Positions 12,112 to 23,660 of a DNA stretch of 64,000 nucleotides are shown piece by piece. Below the pieces are notes generated by a model. The model had not been told where the DNA came from and did no database searches. It saw nothing but the letters and a program-made list of their open reading frames with translations. The stretch is from NCBI RefSeq assembly GCF_000315625.1, contig NW_005434582.1, forward strand, positions 170,152-234,151, in the 5' to 3' direction. This DNA comes from Guillardia theta CCMP2712. Lineage: Eukaryota > Protista > Cryptophyta. The translations under genes were made by a program, and so were the position numbers. The first letter of the stretch is position 1, and every line of letters starts with the position of its first letter.

Positions 12112-15100
12112 ATGAAGCCGGGCGAGTACAATCCAAATTATCATAATTCAAATTCATATTATGGTCCGATTCATGGGGGATTGAACCGGAACGAGGTTGG
12201 CGATAGCAACAATCAAAAGCGAGAGATGATGTGACTGTGTCTTGGTAGATGTCGATGAACCGAGCTAGTCATTCAGAGCATTATGTCTACACCAATGAAA
12301 ATCACGACCTGCAGATGATGAGGAGCTCTGCTCCTCCTCTCATTGTCGTGAATCCGGAGATGCTGCAAGATGAGGTTGTTCAGTCGAACTCGGCGCGCTT
12401 TTATCTTACATGTGCCCATGATGTGTTCAGGTGACCAGGCTTCAGAGCCTTCTGTCTGCAGCAACCAAGGAACTGGGAAGACAGATATCAACCAGCAAAG
12501 TAGATGTCAGCTTGAGCCAGAATGATACGAGGAAGGCCGAGTGGCTGCAGAAAGTTGTTTTACAGGTGTGTTGTGAACAGAACTCTGAATGTCCATGACG
12601 ACCGTCTCGTGCGCAGCTTGAGTCAAAGCAAGCCTTGATGGACAGCAACCTGCGGAGCCTCCGTGATCAGAACACCTCCTTGTACCAGACGGTCGAATTT
12701 GAAGGGCTCTGTTTCAATGATTGATCATTTTCAGTAGATCAATGAGCTGAAAAATGAAAACTTTGGTTTGAAAGAAGAGGTCGCAAGGTCATTGAGAACG
12801 TCTGGTAGTGGAGCGTCGCGAGATATGGAGGTGAGTGATTTGAAGCTATCGAGATGCGTGTCCTAAATGATTCCTCCAGGAGAAGGTTCGCATGGTCAAG
12901 GACGAGTTGGAGTCCTATCGCAAAAGGGTATTGAATTCTACTTGTCGTCTTTGGTGTGATGTCCGTTGCAGTTTGAAGATCTTTCGAAACGCTACATTTC
13001 CATACAGGAGGTCAACCGTGCACTGGAGCAGACTAAGGTAACAAGAGTGTGATTCTCGAGTTTTGTTGTCGTGTGACTTGAAATGTATCTTGTAGAGTCA
13101 GAACTACGAGAACGACCAGTTCAGACTCAAGGTTCGTTCTGCGCAACATGAAGCTGTGGTCTAATCTGATTCGAGCAGGAAATTGAGTATTCAAACATCA
13201 ATCTCTCAAAAGCGAACTCCGAGCTGCAAGAAAAGAATGCTGCTCTTCTTCGAAAGCTGGAAGAACAAGCGGCTCAATTTGAAAAGCAGAAGTACATAAT
13301 GATGCAACAAAGAGATTCGTTGCAGCTCTCAATGCAAAAAGAAGTGGAATCGATGCGCAGAGAGCTGGTGGATTGGAAAACCAAGGCTGAGAAGAGTAGA
13401 GATTCATTTTCAATGGAGGCCATGCAGACGGCTCAAGACAACTCAGTACTTATCTCCGATTTGAAAGCCCTTGAAGCCTTGTACAAAGAATCTCAAAATA
13501 AGTTGGCAAGGGCTGAAATTCAGATATCGCAAATGATGATTTATGAGAGGGAAAATCACAATCTGATCCAAAGGCACGTCAAGAAGGATGTCACCATCTC
13601 TAAATGCAGCGCAAAGGTTCAGAGAGTGTCACAGAATCTTACATTGTTGAAAATGTTCGAGAGTTGGAAACGTTTGGCTGAGGACAAAAACCTTAACATA
13701 AGGGCTTTCTCCTTGTGGTCCAAACAAAGATTCCTCAAATTATTTCTGCATGACTGGCAGCTGGTCACTCAGGCTTCAATCAAGCAAATAGGTGACTTTC
13801 AGATGACAGCTGAGCTGAAGAAAGAACTTTTTATTGAGAAAGATAAGCGCAATCGCAGTTTCGTGAGCATTAGAAAGAATGCCGAGGCTCTGGGCAAGGA
13901 ATTGGGATGTATTTGCGAAGAGTTAGTTGCGATCGACTCGTCGTTGAAAGAATCGAAACAATGGGTGGAAAACGTTGAAAAGAAGGCCCTGCAAGAAAGA
14001 GAGAGATTGCGAGATAGCTACGAAGGAAAACTGAAGTCCTTGGAGCTGACTCGTCTCGAAGAGGTGAAGAGACTCACTCTTGTCATCGAATCGAAGCAAC
14101 AACAGTATCAAGAAGAGCTGCAAGCTGCCCTGAAGAGCAGTGCTGAGCTGGAGACGAGAGTTCGTCAAGAGTTGATGCAGGAATCCACTCTGAAGGAGAA
14201 GCAAGTCCAGGATCTCAAAGATGATCTTGCTAAAGCTCAAAGAGAATGGAAAAAGAAACTGCTGGATAAGGATCGAGAATACTCGTTGCAATTAGAAACA
14301 GTGGAACGTCAAAAGTTAGAGATAGAGGAACAGCACTACGAGAAGCTGCGTGCCAAGGAGAAGGAATGGGAGAATGAAGTGGAGAAACTCAGAATGCAGA
14401 GTGTTGAACTGGAGAATGATCTGCGACAAAGATTCCAGGCCAGAGAGAAAGAATTGACAACCAAGGTTGAGAGCGCCCGACAGGAGTTGTCGAATGCACA
14501 GCGCGACTTTGAGACCGATTTGCAGGTGATTGCAATTGTCATTTTGTTTTCTCGTCACAAACTCACGATGATGATGTGTTTGTTTCAGGCAAAGGAAAGT
14601 GAGATGCAGGGCAAATTGACCGAGAAGGACAAGTATTATGAGACATGGCTGGAGACTATCGTTGCAAATAGGCTAAAAGACTCCCAAGCACAGATGGAAG
14701 AACGATTGCAGTTCAAAGAAGAGCAACTCGTCGCCATCCGTAAGGAATTGGAAGACCAGAGAAAAGTTGTCCAGGGATTCGCATTGAGCAGAGAATCGAG
14801 AGATTCCGAACATTCTCGCCAGATTGAGAGGCTTGAGAATGAGATCAAGAATCTCTCGAGAACGTAAGTCTGACATGATTACGTGGCGGTGTGTCGTTGA
14901 TCCTTGTCGTGGCAGGCTCGAGTCCAAGGCAGAGGACATGAAATCTCTGAGAAACGATGCGGAGGATCTTCAGAAGACCATCTCGGATCTCGAGAAGGAG
15001 AACATGCGGCTGGAGAAGCAGGTTGAAACGCAAGCGAGCGAGCTGCAGATCCTGGAGAAGCAGAAGGAGTCTCTCACCAACGAGCTCCTGTGGAAGGGAA

Positions 15101-17184
15101 GCCTGCCGCAGAAGACCTTTGCTAACCAAGAGGCTGAGAACATTGAGATGAGGGCAAGAGTAGAGATGGGCGAGCAGGAAATCCTCTACCTAAAGGAGAA
15201 GTTGGCTGTTGCTAACACCACAAACGAAAGGCTGACCACCGACCTCTTGGATGCATCGAAGCTGCTGAAGCAGTACAGCGCTGATGCTCAGAACTTGTCG
15301 TGGGAAGCAAACATGCGCGAGCAAGGGGGTGAGGAGCAGCGGAATAGAATGGAGAGCTCAAAACGAGAGTCTCTCAAGTCGTCGGAAGGGATGGATCTCA
15401 TCCAGAAGAAAGTGAACTCGCTGATGCTGGAGAACGACACGCTGACAAACGAGATGGACAAGATCCTGCAAGAAAACTCGATGCTGAGGGCTGAGGTCGA
15501 CGAGCTGAAGCAGCAGATCGAAGACTTCCCTGCTGGGGCTCCCAAGTCCCGCAGCGGCTCCTTGATGCCCTCGCGGTCGTTCGGCATGTACTCGAGGAGG
15601 TTGGTGGAGAGAATGTTTGGGTCGTGGGTGACTGAGATGCTCTCCTCCCGCGTGAGCGGTCGCAAGAGCTACTTCTCCAACCTCCCCCCCATGTTGGACG
15701 CCAACGGCTGCCTGACGCTGGACCTGACGACCACACGGCTGAGGAAACAAGACGTAGACATCAAGAACGAGAAGATCGGGAGCGGGACCTTTGCTGACGT
15801 GTTCAAGGGGGAGCTGAGAATCCAGTGTGCGGTGAAGAAGCCCAAGAGCCTGGGGAGCCACCAGGAGGTGCTGGAGTTTATCCGGGAAGGGGAGATGATG
15901 CGGATGGTAAACCATCCTTGTATCACCAAGACCCTCGGCATCCTCTGCGACCAGTCGGTCAGCGCCTACGTCATGGAGTACTTGCCGGGCAGCAACCTCT
16001 TCGACTACCTCCACAAGTACAACAAGACGCTTCTGTTTGGCAGGCAGGTGGACGTGGCGCTGCAAGTGTGCGATGCGATGGCGTTTGTGCACGAGCTCGG
16101 GATCATCCATCGCGACCTGAAGCCTCAGGTAAGGCCGCTCCTCTCCCTCCTCTCCTCCTCCTTTCTACCCTGCGTCTTTCTTCCCTGCATCTACCTCCTC
16201 CCTCACCTCCTCCACCTCCTCCTCCCTCCTTTCTCCTTGCTTCTCACACCACCACCACCACCTCCTCCTCCTCCCCATCCTTCTCCTCATCCTCCTCCCC
16301 ATCCTTCTCCTCACCCTCATCCTCATTAAATCCTCTTCCTCCTCCTTCCCACGATCTCTAACATTGCATGCAGAACGTCATCTACAACGACAAGACCGGT
16401 GGAGCAAAGCTCTGCGACTTCGGGCTGGCCCGTTCTCTCCCCAGCGGTTGCAGTCATCTCGACTCCATCCAGCTGGGAACTGGAGGGACCCCCGCATACC
16501 AGGCTCCTGAGGTGCTTTCGCTCCCCTGCCAGCTGGAGTCGAGCTGACGGGGATCGCAGGTGCTGAAGCGCCTCCCTATCAACCTCAAGGTGGACTTGTA
16601 CGGGTTCGCCATCACTCTGTGGGAGATGTACACGGCGCTGCTGCCTTGGAACGAGTGCACCCTAGAGCAGATGGCGACCCGAGTTGCCCTCTATAACGAC
16701 AGGCCTCCGATCCCCTCGGTCCGCTACTCTCCTCCCTGACCTCTTCTCCCCATCGTCTCCTCCTCCTTCTCCTCCTCCTCCTCCTCCTCCTCCTCCTCCT
16801 CCTCTCTTCCTTCCGCCCTCCTGCGATGGCTGATGGCTGCCACAGGACATGCCCATTGAAATGTCGGAAATCGTTATGAAGTGTTGGGACAAGGACGCTG
16901 ACGCCAGGCCCTCCTTCGCTCAACTTCTTCCTCCCCTCCGCAACATGCAAGAAACCTTCTCGCCCAGCTCCAAGATGTCCTCCGGATCCTCCAGCGGCTC
17001 TCTCGGCTCCTCCTCCACCTCGAGCACCATCGTCTCCTACATCTCCTCCCAGCAGAGCCGGAACAGCCCTCGAACGAGCCTCGTCAACACGCGGAGCAAA
17101 CCGCTAGTGAGCAACCCGCTAGTGAGCAACCCGCCGGTGAGCGTCCCGCGAAGCTCGTCCAGCGGATTCTACACAGCAAGATGA
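12112..17184 (+). CDS. Long coiled-coil protein with a C-terminal tyrosine-kinase-like (TKL/Raf-like) Ser/Thr kinase domain, multi-exon
   Basis: Short 5' exons (MKPGEYNPNY..., MSMNRAS...) are followed by heptad-rich ORFs 13299-14867 and 14824-. Kinase motifs across spliced exons: GSGTFADVFKG, CAVKK, HRDLKPQ|N, KLCDFGLAR, GTPAYQAPE, KVDLYGFAITLWEMYT, CWDKDADARPSF. Start codon is tentative. Confidence 0.85.
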
Positions 17185-17291
17185 GCAAGAAAGTAGGACA
17201 CAGAGAGGAACTGTCGATGTGCTTTGAAAGCTTTACTGTACTTGTACCCAATGAAACAACAGGAAAACTGAGACCCTCTATACTTGACCGC

Positions 17292-19979
17292 CTACTCGTT
17301 CTTGACTTTTCGAGCAGTTTCAGGAGGAGCGCTGGAGAGGAGATCAGGAGTCAGAAGAGTAACAGAGAAACGTGCTGCGTGTAGAGAAGCAGGGCTAGGG
17401 AGGAGGGAGGTTGCGAGAGGTACAGGGAGGCAGAGGAGGAGGGAAGCGACTGACCTTCTAGCAAGACGATGGCCGATGGGATGAAGCACAAGGTCGACAA
17501 GGAGTCGAAGGTTGAGCCCGTTGAGTACCAGCATGCCGCTGAGAGCGACGAGGAAGAGGAGGCTGTTGGGGAAGCTCCCGCGATCCGAGTACACCTTGAC
17601 TGTGAGCAGCGCGTGCCCTGCGATCCTGAACAGACCGAGCGATCCCCAGTGGAGCTTCTCGAGCAAGGGAGAGGAGAGGAGGGCGAGCTGCGCGATGTCG
17701 AGGGCGTGCATGAGGAGGGAGTGGACTTCAGAGAGGAGGGTGAGGCAGATGTAGGGGACCAGCAGCTGCTTGGCTAGGCAGATGACGCCGCAGCACAGGG
17801 CGATGGTGCTGCCAGCAACGCCCGACCTGGCAGAGGAGCGGACGTTGGCCCGGTTCTTGATGCCGTCAAAGAGGGACCAGATGCTGAAGCCGCAGGTCAT
17901 GCTGAGGAGGAGGTTGCAGACCTGCCCTGCGTCGCTCCTGAAGGGGTTGCTGAAGCTCGAGACAAAGAACCCGACGAGGAGGAGGAGGACAGTCAAGAGG
18001 CTGTACACCCCAGACACCACGCTCCTCGCCCACTGCCGCTGCTTCGCATCGTCGAGGTCCGTGTAGATCCGCCCAGCCGCCATGGAGGAGAAGAAGCCAC
18101 AGGAAAGAGAGAGGAGGAGAAACAAGACGGACATGATAGGAACCAACCAAAGGGTGTTGATGTACTTGCCCCCTGCGAACCCTGCCACGAAGCACCACAC
18201 CATGCTCATCGTGTTGGTGTCCAGGGCAGAGAACGAGAAGGGGGAGGAGGAGGAGGCGGCGGCGCGGCTGGTCCTGGCCAGCGAGACAGGCGACTTGCAC
18301 CACACGATCTGGTAGTTGTGAATGAACTGCAGCTGGAAACCAGCTTCGCAGTAGCTGAAGTAGAACCTCCACTTCCTGTAGAACTCGTCCGAGTACCCCA
18401 GCTTCTTGATCTTGTCCTCCGCCCCCGTCCAGTTCTCGTGCCACATCTTGAGGGTCCGCGCATAGTGCAGGCCGATGTCTTCCACATGCTGGCAGAAGAG
18501 CGAAGAGTTCCTCGTCGCCCCCAGCATCGCCCCCATGGACGGCAGGTGGCCCCCAGGGAAGATATGGCGGCGGATGAAGTCAGAGCAGCGGCAGTACTCC
18601 ATGTAGTGCTCGTCCTTGTATGTGATGGCCTGGATGACGGCCTTGCCTCCCGGCACCAGCAGCTGCTCGATCACTCCGAAGTACTCCCCGAGGTTCTCGT
18701 GCCCCACCGCCTCGATCATCTCGATCGATACCAGCCTGTCAAACTTCCCCAGCAGCTCGGCCGGCAGCTTGCGGTAGTCGCAGAAGAGGATGGTGATCCT
18801 GTCGCTCATGCCCCGCTCCTCCACCTTGGCCGTGGCGTAGCTGAACTGTTCCTCACTGATCGTGATCCCCGTTACCCTGCACCCGAAGCGCTCCACCGCC
18901 CTGATTGCGAAACCTCCCCAGCCGCAGCCGATCTCGAAGATGTGATGGCCCGAGTTGAGTTCCAGCTTGTCGAGGATCAGGTCCAGCTTGTTGAGCTGGG
19001 ACTGGTAGAGGGTGTCCTGTGGGCTGTTGAAGACGCCGGAGGAGTACATCCAGGTCTCGTCGAGGAAGAGCCTGTCAAATCCCTCCGTCAGCCTCCTTGC
19101 AGTTACAGCATTCCTTGCCCTGTCCTCCTCTACGTTCTCTACCTTCCCCGCTCACCTTCTCCACGACCTTCACTACTTCCTCCTCTTCCTCCTCCTACTC
19201 TCCTTCCTCCTCCTCCTCCTCACCTGTACATGTCGTTGCCAAGGTCATAGTGCTCGTTGATGTTCTTGAGCGAACCCTCCACCGTGTTGGCCCTGGCCAT
19301 ATGCGCCATCGTCTGCACCTGAGTGCCGATCCAGTTGAGGACCCCGAGGCTCTTCTGCAGCGAGTTGAACTCTTCGACGTTCTGCGTGAGGACGTTTAGG
19401 AAGTTGGTCAGGTCGTCGGGCTCGAACTCTCCGTTCATGTAGCTCTCGCCCAGCCCGATGTCTGTATCCTTAGCGATCCGGTGAAAGAACTTGCAGTCGA
19501 AGACCCTCACGCGCGAGTGGTACACCTCCCTCCTCCCCTTCTTCTCGTCCCCTCCCTCCTCCTCCACGTACTTCTGCTCGGGGTTCCCGTACACCACCTC
19601 CGTCCCGTTGGGCATGATCAGCCTAAGGGAACCGCGCTTGATCGCCCTGCCCGCGAACCTGTGGACGGAGGAGCAGACGAAGCGGGTGAGGAGGGGCATG
19701 TAGGGAGATGTGGGTCGAGGGACCCAAGGGATCATTCCGCCCATCTTCTCCACCACGTTGACCGCAGACTTCATGCCATCCTCGTGGAAGCCGTACCCGC
19801 ACCAGGCTCCGCAGAACCATGTCCTCTTCACGCCCTGGATCTTGTCGAGCGTCTCCTGCGACTTCTTGGAGGCGCCGGAGAAGACGGGGTGCGAGAGCTT
19901 GAGATGCTTCACGGTCTTTTCCTCTGCTGGGGCCTGTACAACATCGTGAGGGAAGCAGCGAAAAGAAGAGGGGGAAAGA

Positions 19980-20031
<52 letters not shown>

Positions 20032-21409
20032 AGAAATGTGCGAGACGGGAGAAGGAAAGGGGGGGGGGGGGGGGGAGGTGGCTTGGGGCGGTTTGGAGGT
20101 TGAGGCAGGAAAGAGAAGAGAAGAAGAGACGAAGAAAGAGGAGGGGAGGTAGTAGAGAACTTACATGAGGAGGGTTCAGAGTCACAAACAGATCGCCGGT
20201 CCCCTCAGGCAGACGCTGTAGCGAGTTGACCCAGTAGCTCACGCACACGGCGCGGTCGGAAGGAGCATCCTTGTTGAGCTCCGTCATATCCAGGCAGTTC
20301 CAGGAGGCCCACACTTTCCTCTCCCTCGGCATCAGGCTGGGGTCTCGGTGGAGGTAGACGTCGTTCTCAGCATAGGGGATGCCCTTGAGAATCGCTTCCT
20401 CCTCCTTGCTGATGTCTCCTCCCAAGATCTTCATCGTCACGTCCGAGTGGGTGGCGAAGATCACGTGGTCGAACTCCTCACACTTCCCCTGCTCGTCACG
20501 CACCTCCACCTTGTCCCCCTTGCGCACGACCGACCGGACGGCACAGCTGCTGCGAGCGTCCTGAAGGATCTCCACGACCTTCCTGACGTAGCTCCTGCTC
20601 CTGTCCTTGACGACCCTCCACTTGGGCCTCTCGATGAGCTCGAGGAGGTGATGGTTCACCCAGAAGCGGATCATCACTCGGATCGAGAACTCCATGCACT
20701 GCTTGTTGCTCACGCTCCATACCGCTGCACACATCGGGAGGAGGTACCAGTAGGTGAACCCTTCACTGTACCCCTCCTTCTTCAGGTACTCTCCCAGCGT
20801 CATGTCCGCGTACTGCTCCTCCACCAGCACCTTGGGCGCCTCCTTCCCGAACCGCAGCACGTCTCGGATCATGAGCAGGAACTTGGGGCTGACTAAGTTG
20901 CGACGCTGCGCGAAGATGGTAGACAGGTTGTGGCTACCCCACTCGACCTTCCCGTCGTCCACAGACAGGGCGAAGCTCATGTCGCTCTCCTCACTGTCTA
21001 CTCCCAGAGCCTCCAGGAACTGCTCGAAGTGCCCGTACGTCGTCCTGTTGAACACCTGGAAGCCAAGGTCCACAGGAACTCCCGGGATCGTCTCGTCTGT
21101 GAGCGTGTGCCCTCCGAAGTAGTCCTCCGCCTCATACAAGGTCACCTTCCACCCTGACTTCTGCATCAACCATGCTGCCGCCAGCCCTGAGATCCCTGAC
21201 CCGATGATCGCCACCCTGCTGCCGTCTGCTCCTTGCATCTTCGGCCACAAGATCCGACGGTCTGCTGGCAGGGGGGCAGGGTCAGTACGACCGGAGATCA
21301 GAGGACAAGCGCTTGCTCAACAAGATGAGATTTGAAGAATACAGAACATTGAGGATGAGGGGAGCGCTTCCTGCTTACAACAGCATAACGGAAGCCAGCA
21401 TGTCGGCAT
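17292..21409 (-). CDS. Fusion of an FAD-dependent (amine-oxidase-like) oxidoreductase, a cyclopropane-fatty-acyl-phospholipid synthase-type SAM methyltransferase and a C-terminal TLC-like membrane domain
   Basis: Oxidoreductase motifs: VAIIGSGISGLAAAW, VDLGFQVFN, FCGAWCGYGFHEDG. Methyltransferase motifs: HYDLGNDMYR|LFLDETWMYSSG, EIGCGWG, SIEMIEAVGHE, IFPGGHLP, YFSYCEAGF. About 6-7 hydrophobic helices follow. Inferred introns: 20164-19934, 19223-19072, 17454-17332. The 5' mini-exon near 21409 is tentative. Confidence 0.88.
19981..20030. repeat. (GGAGCA)n hexamer microsatellite inside an intron
   Basis: Direct tandem repeat. It produces the spurious poly-Leu in the ORF track. Confidence 0.9.
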
Positions 21410-21819
21410 GTATCGCATCGCGATGTTTGCGCTAACGGTGTTGGCATGCTAAGTGCCTCAAGGGCTACATCACAATGCTCTGGTGCTTCGCACCCACTAA
21501 ACCATGCTCAGCACTACAAGAGATAAGAAGATCGGTAGACGCTTTCGATCTTCGGCACTGCATCATCCGCCCCTTCCCTGATCCCACCACCATTCCCTGT
21601 CCTTGAAAATCATCTCAACAATCTCAACACAATCCTCTCCTCTGCTTCCCTCAGCTTGTGCTTGACCAACATTCTCTCCTATCCTGTACTTGACCCTATG
21701 TCACATCCCCTGTCTTCTACCTTCTCCTCCTCCTCTCTCTTTCCCTCCTCCCCTTCTTCTTCTGCGCGCATTGCCCGCTCTCTCTTTAAGTGTCCCCCGA
21801 TCTCCACAGAGATCCTTCC

Positions 21820-22440
21820 AAGACCCTACCCCTCTAGTCCTACTCAACCACCCCACCCACCAATTCTCGTGAATAGGTGTACACCACCACAACAAGATCC
21901 GTGACTACGGACCCCTGCTAAATCCTTCAAGTACCCCCATTTCAATATCATATTCTACTACCCTACCCCTTCAACTACATCCCTCCCTACCCCACACACC
22001 CCCTCTTTCCCCCAAGTCCAACCTATAAACCCCTCAGGAGTACCAGATGTACCCCTACCCCCTGTTTTTCACTGCTTCGGTAGGGTACCTCTTTGTCCCG
22101 CATGATCATACAAGCCGTGGGAGTACCCCTTCAGGAAAAGGAAAATGGGGGTTAAGGATGAGGGGTGGGGTCCTAGAGTGTGCACGGTACTTACCTGTAG
22201 CTGGTAGTCAGATATCCATCAAAGTAGGGGTACTCTACACTAGAAAACAAGGGGTTACAGCCATCAGAGGGGTGAATCGAGAGGGTGGGGTACTCTTGGA
22301 CCTAGGGATCTGGTAACCCCCTGACTTACGAAGTTGAGTGGGAAGAAGGGGGGTAGTGGTCCAACATGCGGTGGGTCAGTGGATCTTAGTGGGGAAGAGG
22401 GTTTCACAGTGTACCGGGAAGTTGGATAACCGGAGTCCGG
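21820..22440. promoter_or_regulatory. Type A TACCC/GGGTA block between divergent genes
   Basis: Same word composition as the other type A blocks. Lies between the starts of the CFA fusion (-) and the secreted protein (+). Confidence 0.4.
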
Positions 22441-22455
22441 CGGCTCTTGGAAAAA

Positions 22456-23255
22456 ATGGCGAAGGCAGCAGCATTGCGGGTTATGATGCTGGCGATGCTG
22501 GCGATGCTGGTGGTGAGAGTAGAGGGCTCCAGCAACGACCATGAGGATGAAGCTGCCAGCGGAGATCACGCGGAAGGAGTTGTTGGGGAGGAGACGTGGG
22601 GTGTGCATGGTACGATACCTCCCGAGGTGGTGAGTGAATGGAGGAGAAAGGATGTGAAGGATGGCAGAGCAGTCCCTGAAGGATCCTTCTTCGACCCTAC
22701 CTCCTCCTACGTATGGAGTGGGAAAGGGGCAGGAGTTCGTACCATCGTGAACCCAGCGCGATGGGTCATGGGCCGGCGCACGCAGAGAATGGACTTCAGC
22801 AATGATCACAGCGCCGAGTATGCAGATGGAGAATGGTGGCCGTATCGTCGTGGAGTGGCACCTGTGAAGGAAGGAAGCGGCTTCGGGTACAGGCATGACA
22901 GGCGGCCCTCCGAGAGGGAGTCGGAGGAGGACTTGTTGTCGGGTATCGTCAGGAGGTATAACAACCCTACGTACGATCCGTACATGGATCACTACTACAA
23001 GTTGTTGGTAGCATCAAAGAGAGCTAGGAGCGTGAGAAACGCACAGAGAGCCATTGGAAAACTGGATGAGGAGGCGGCGAAGGCTCTGCCAGCGCTGGAC
23101 TACATGGTAAGTTGACATACATGATTGCGTCTGCGTTCGTTTGATCTGATCGATCGGTTTGCAGTTTCATACAGGTCTTCCTCAACAGCGAGCAGACGTT
23201 GATGAGCAATGAACTTGCGGTTGTGCTCTTGCAGAGGTATGAGATCAGATCATAG
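22456..23255 (+). CDS. Putative secreted hypothetical protein (~220-245 aa)
   Basis: Signal peptide MAKAAALRVMMLAMLAMLVVRVEG. Open frame runs to a GTAAGT donor at 23107. The last exon is uncertain. Confidence 0.6.
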
Positions 23256-23660
23256 GGACGGGTGGGTTGTAACGAGGGGGAACCTATCGGCATCAGTTAG
23301 TTGGACTTGTTTGTTGGCGTTTGACAGGACTGTGGTTTATGGGATAGAAGAATTGTAGGATGGACCGTCTTCAGCTCCTCCCTTCAGTACGAGTTGTGGG
23401 ATGATACTCTCATGACTTGAAGATGCATCGGAGATTTATATCACAAACTTGCATCCTGAAACTTGGAAACATTATTAGAATACAAATCCATGTTATCACC
23501 ATCTACTATGGATGTTGTGTGCATAGGGGGTTCCGAGCGGGCGAGCGAGGGATGCGCACCAATGAATAAGCAGGAAGAGGAGGTGGTGGTGGTGGAGGAG
23601 GAGGAGAGAGGAAACAATGACAAGGACAAGTGAAGGTGAAAGGGCAAGAGCGAGGTTCTT

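Noticed and set aside
17101-17142. 15-nt tandem repeat (PLVSN)x2-3 in the kinase tail
   Set aside because: A minor slippage duplication in a disordered tail.
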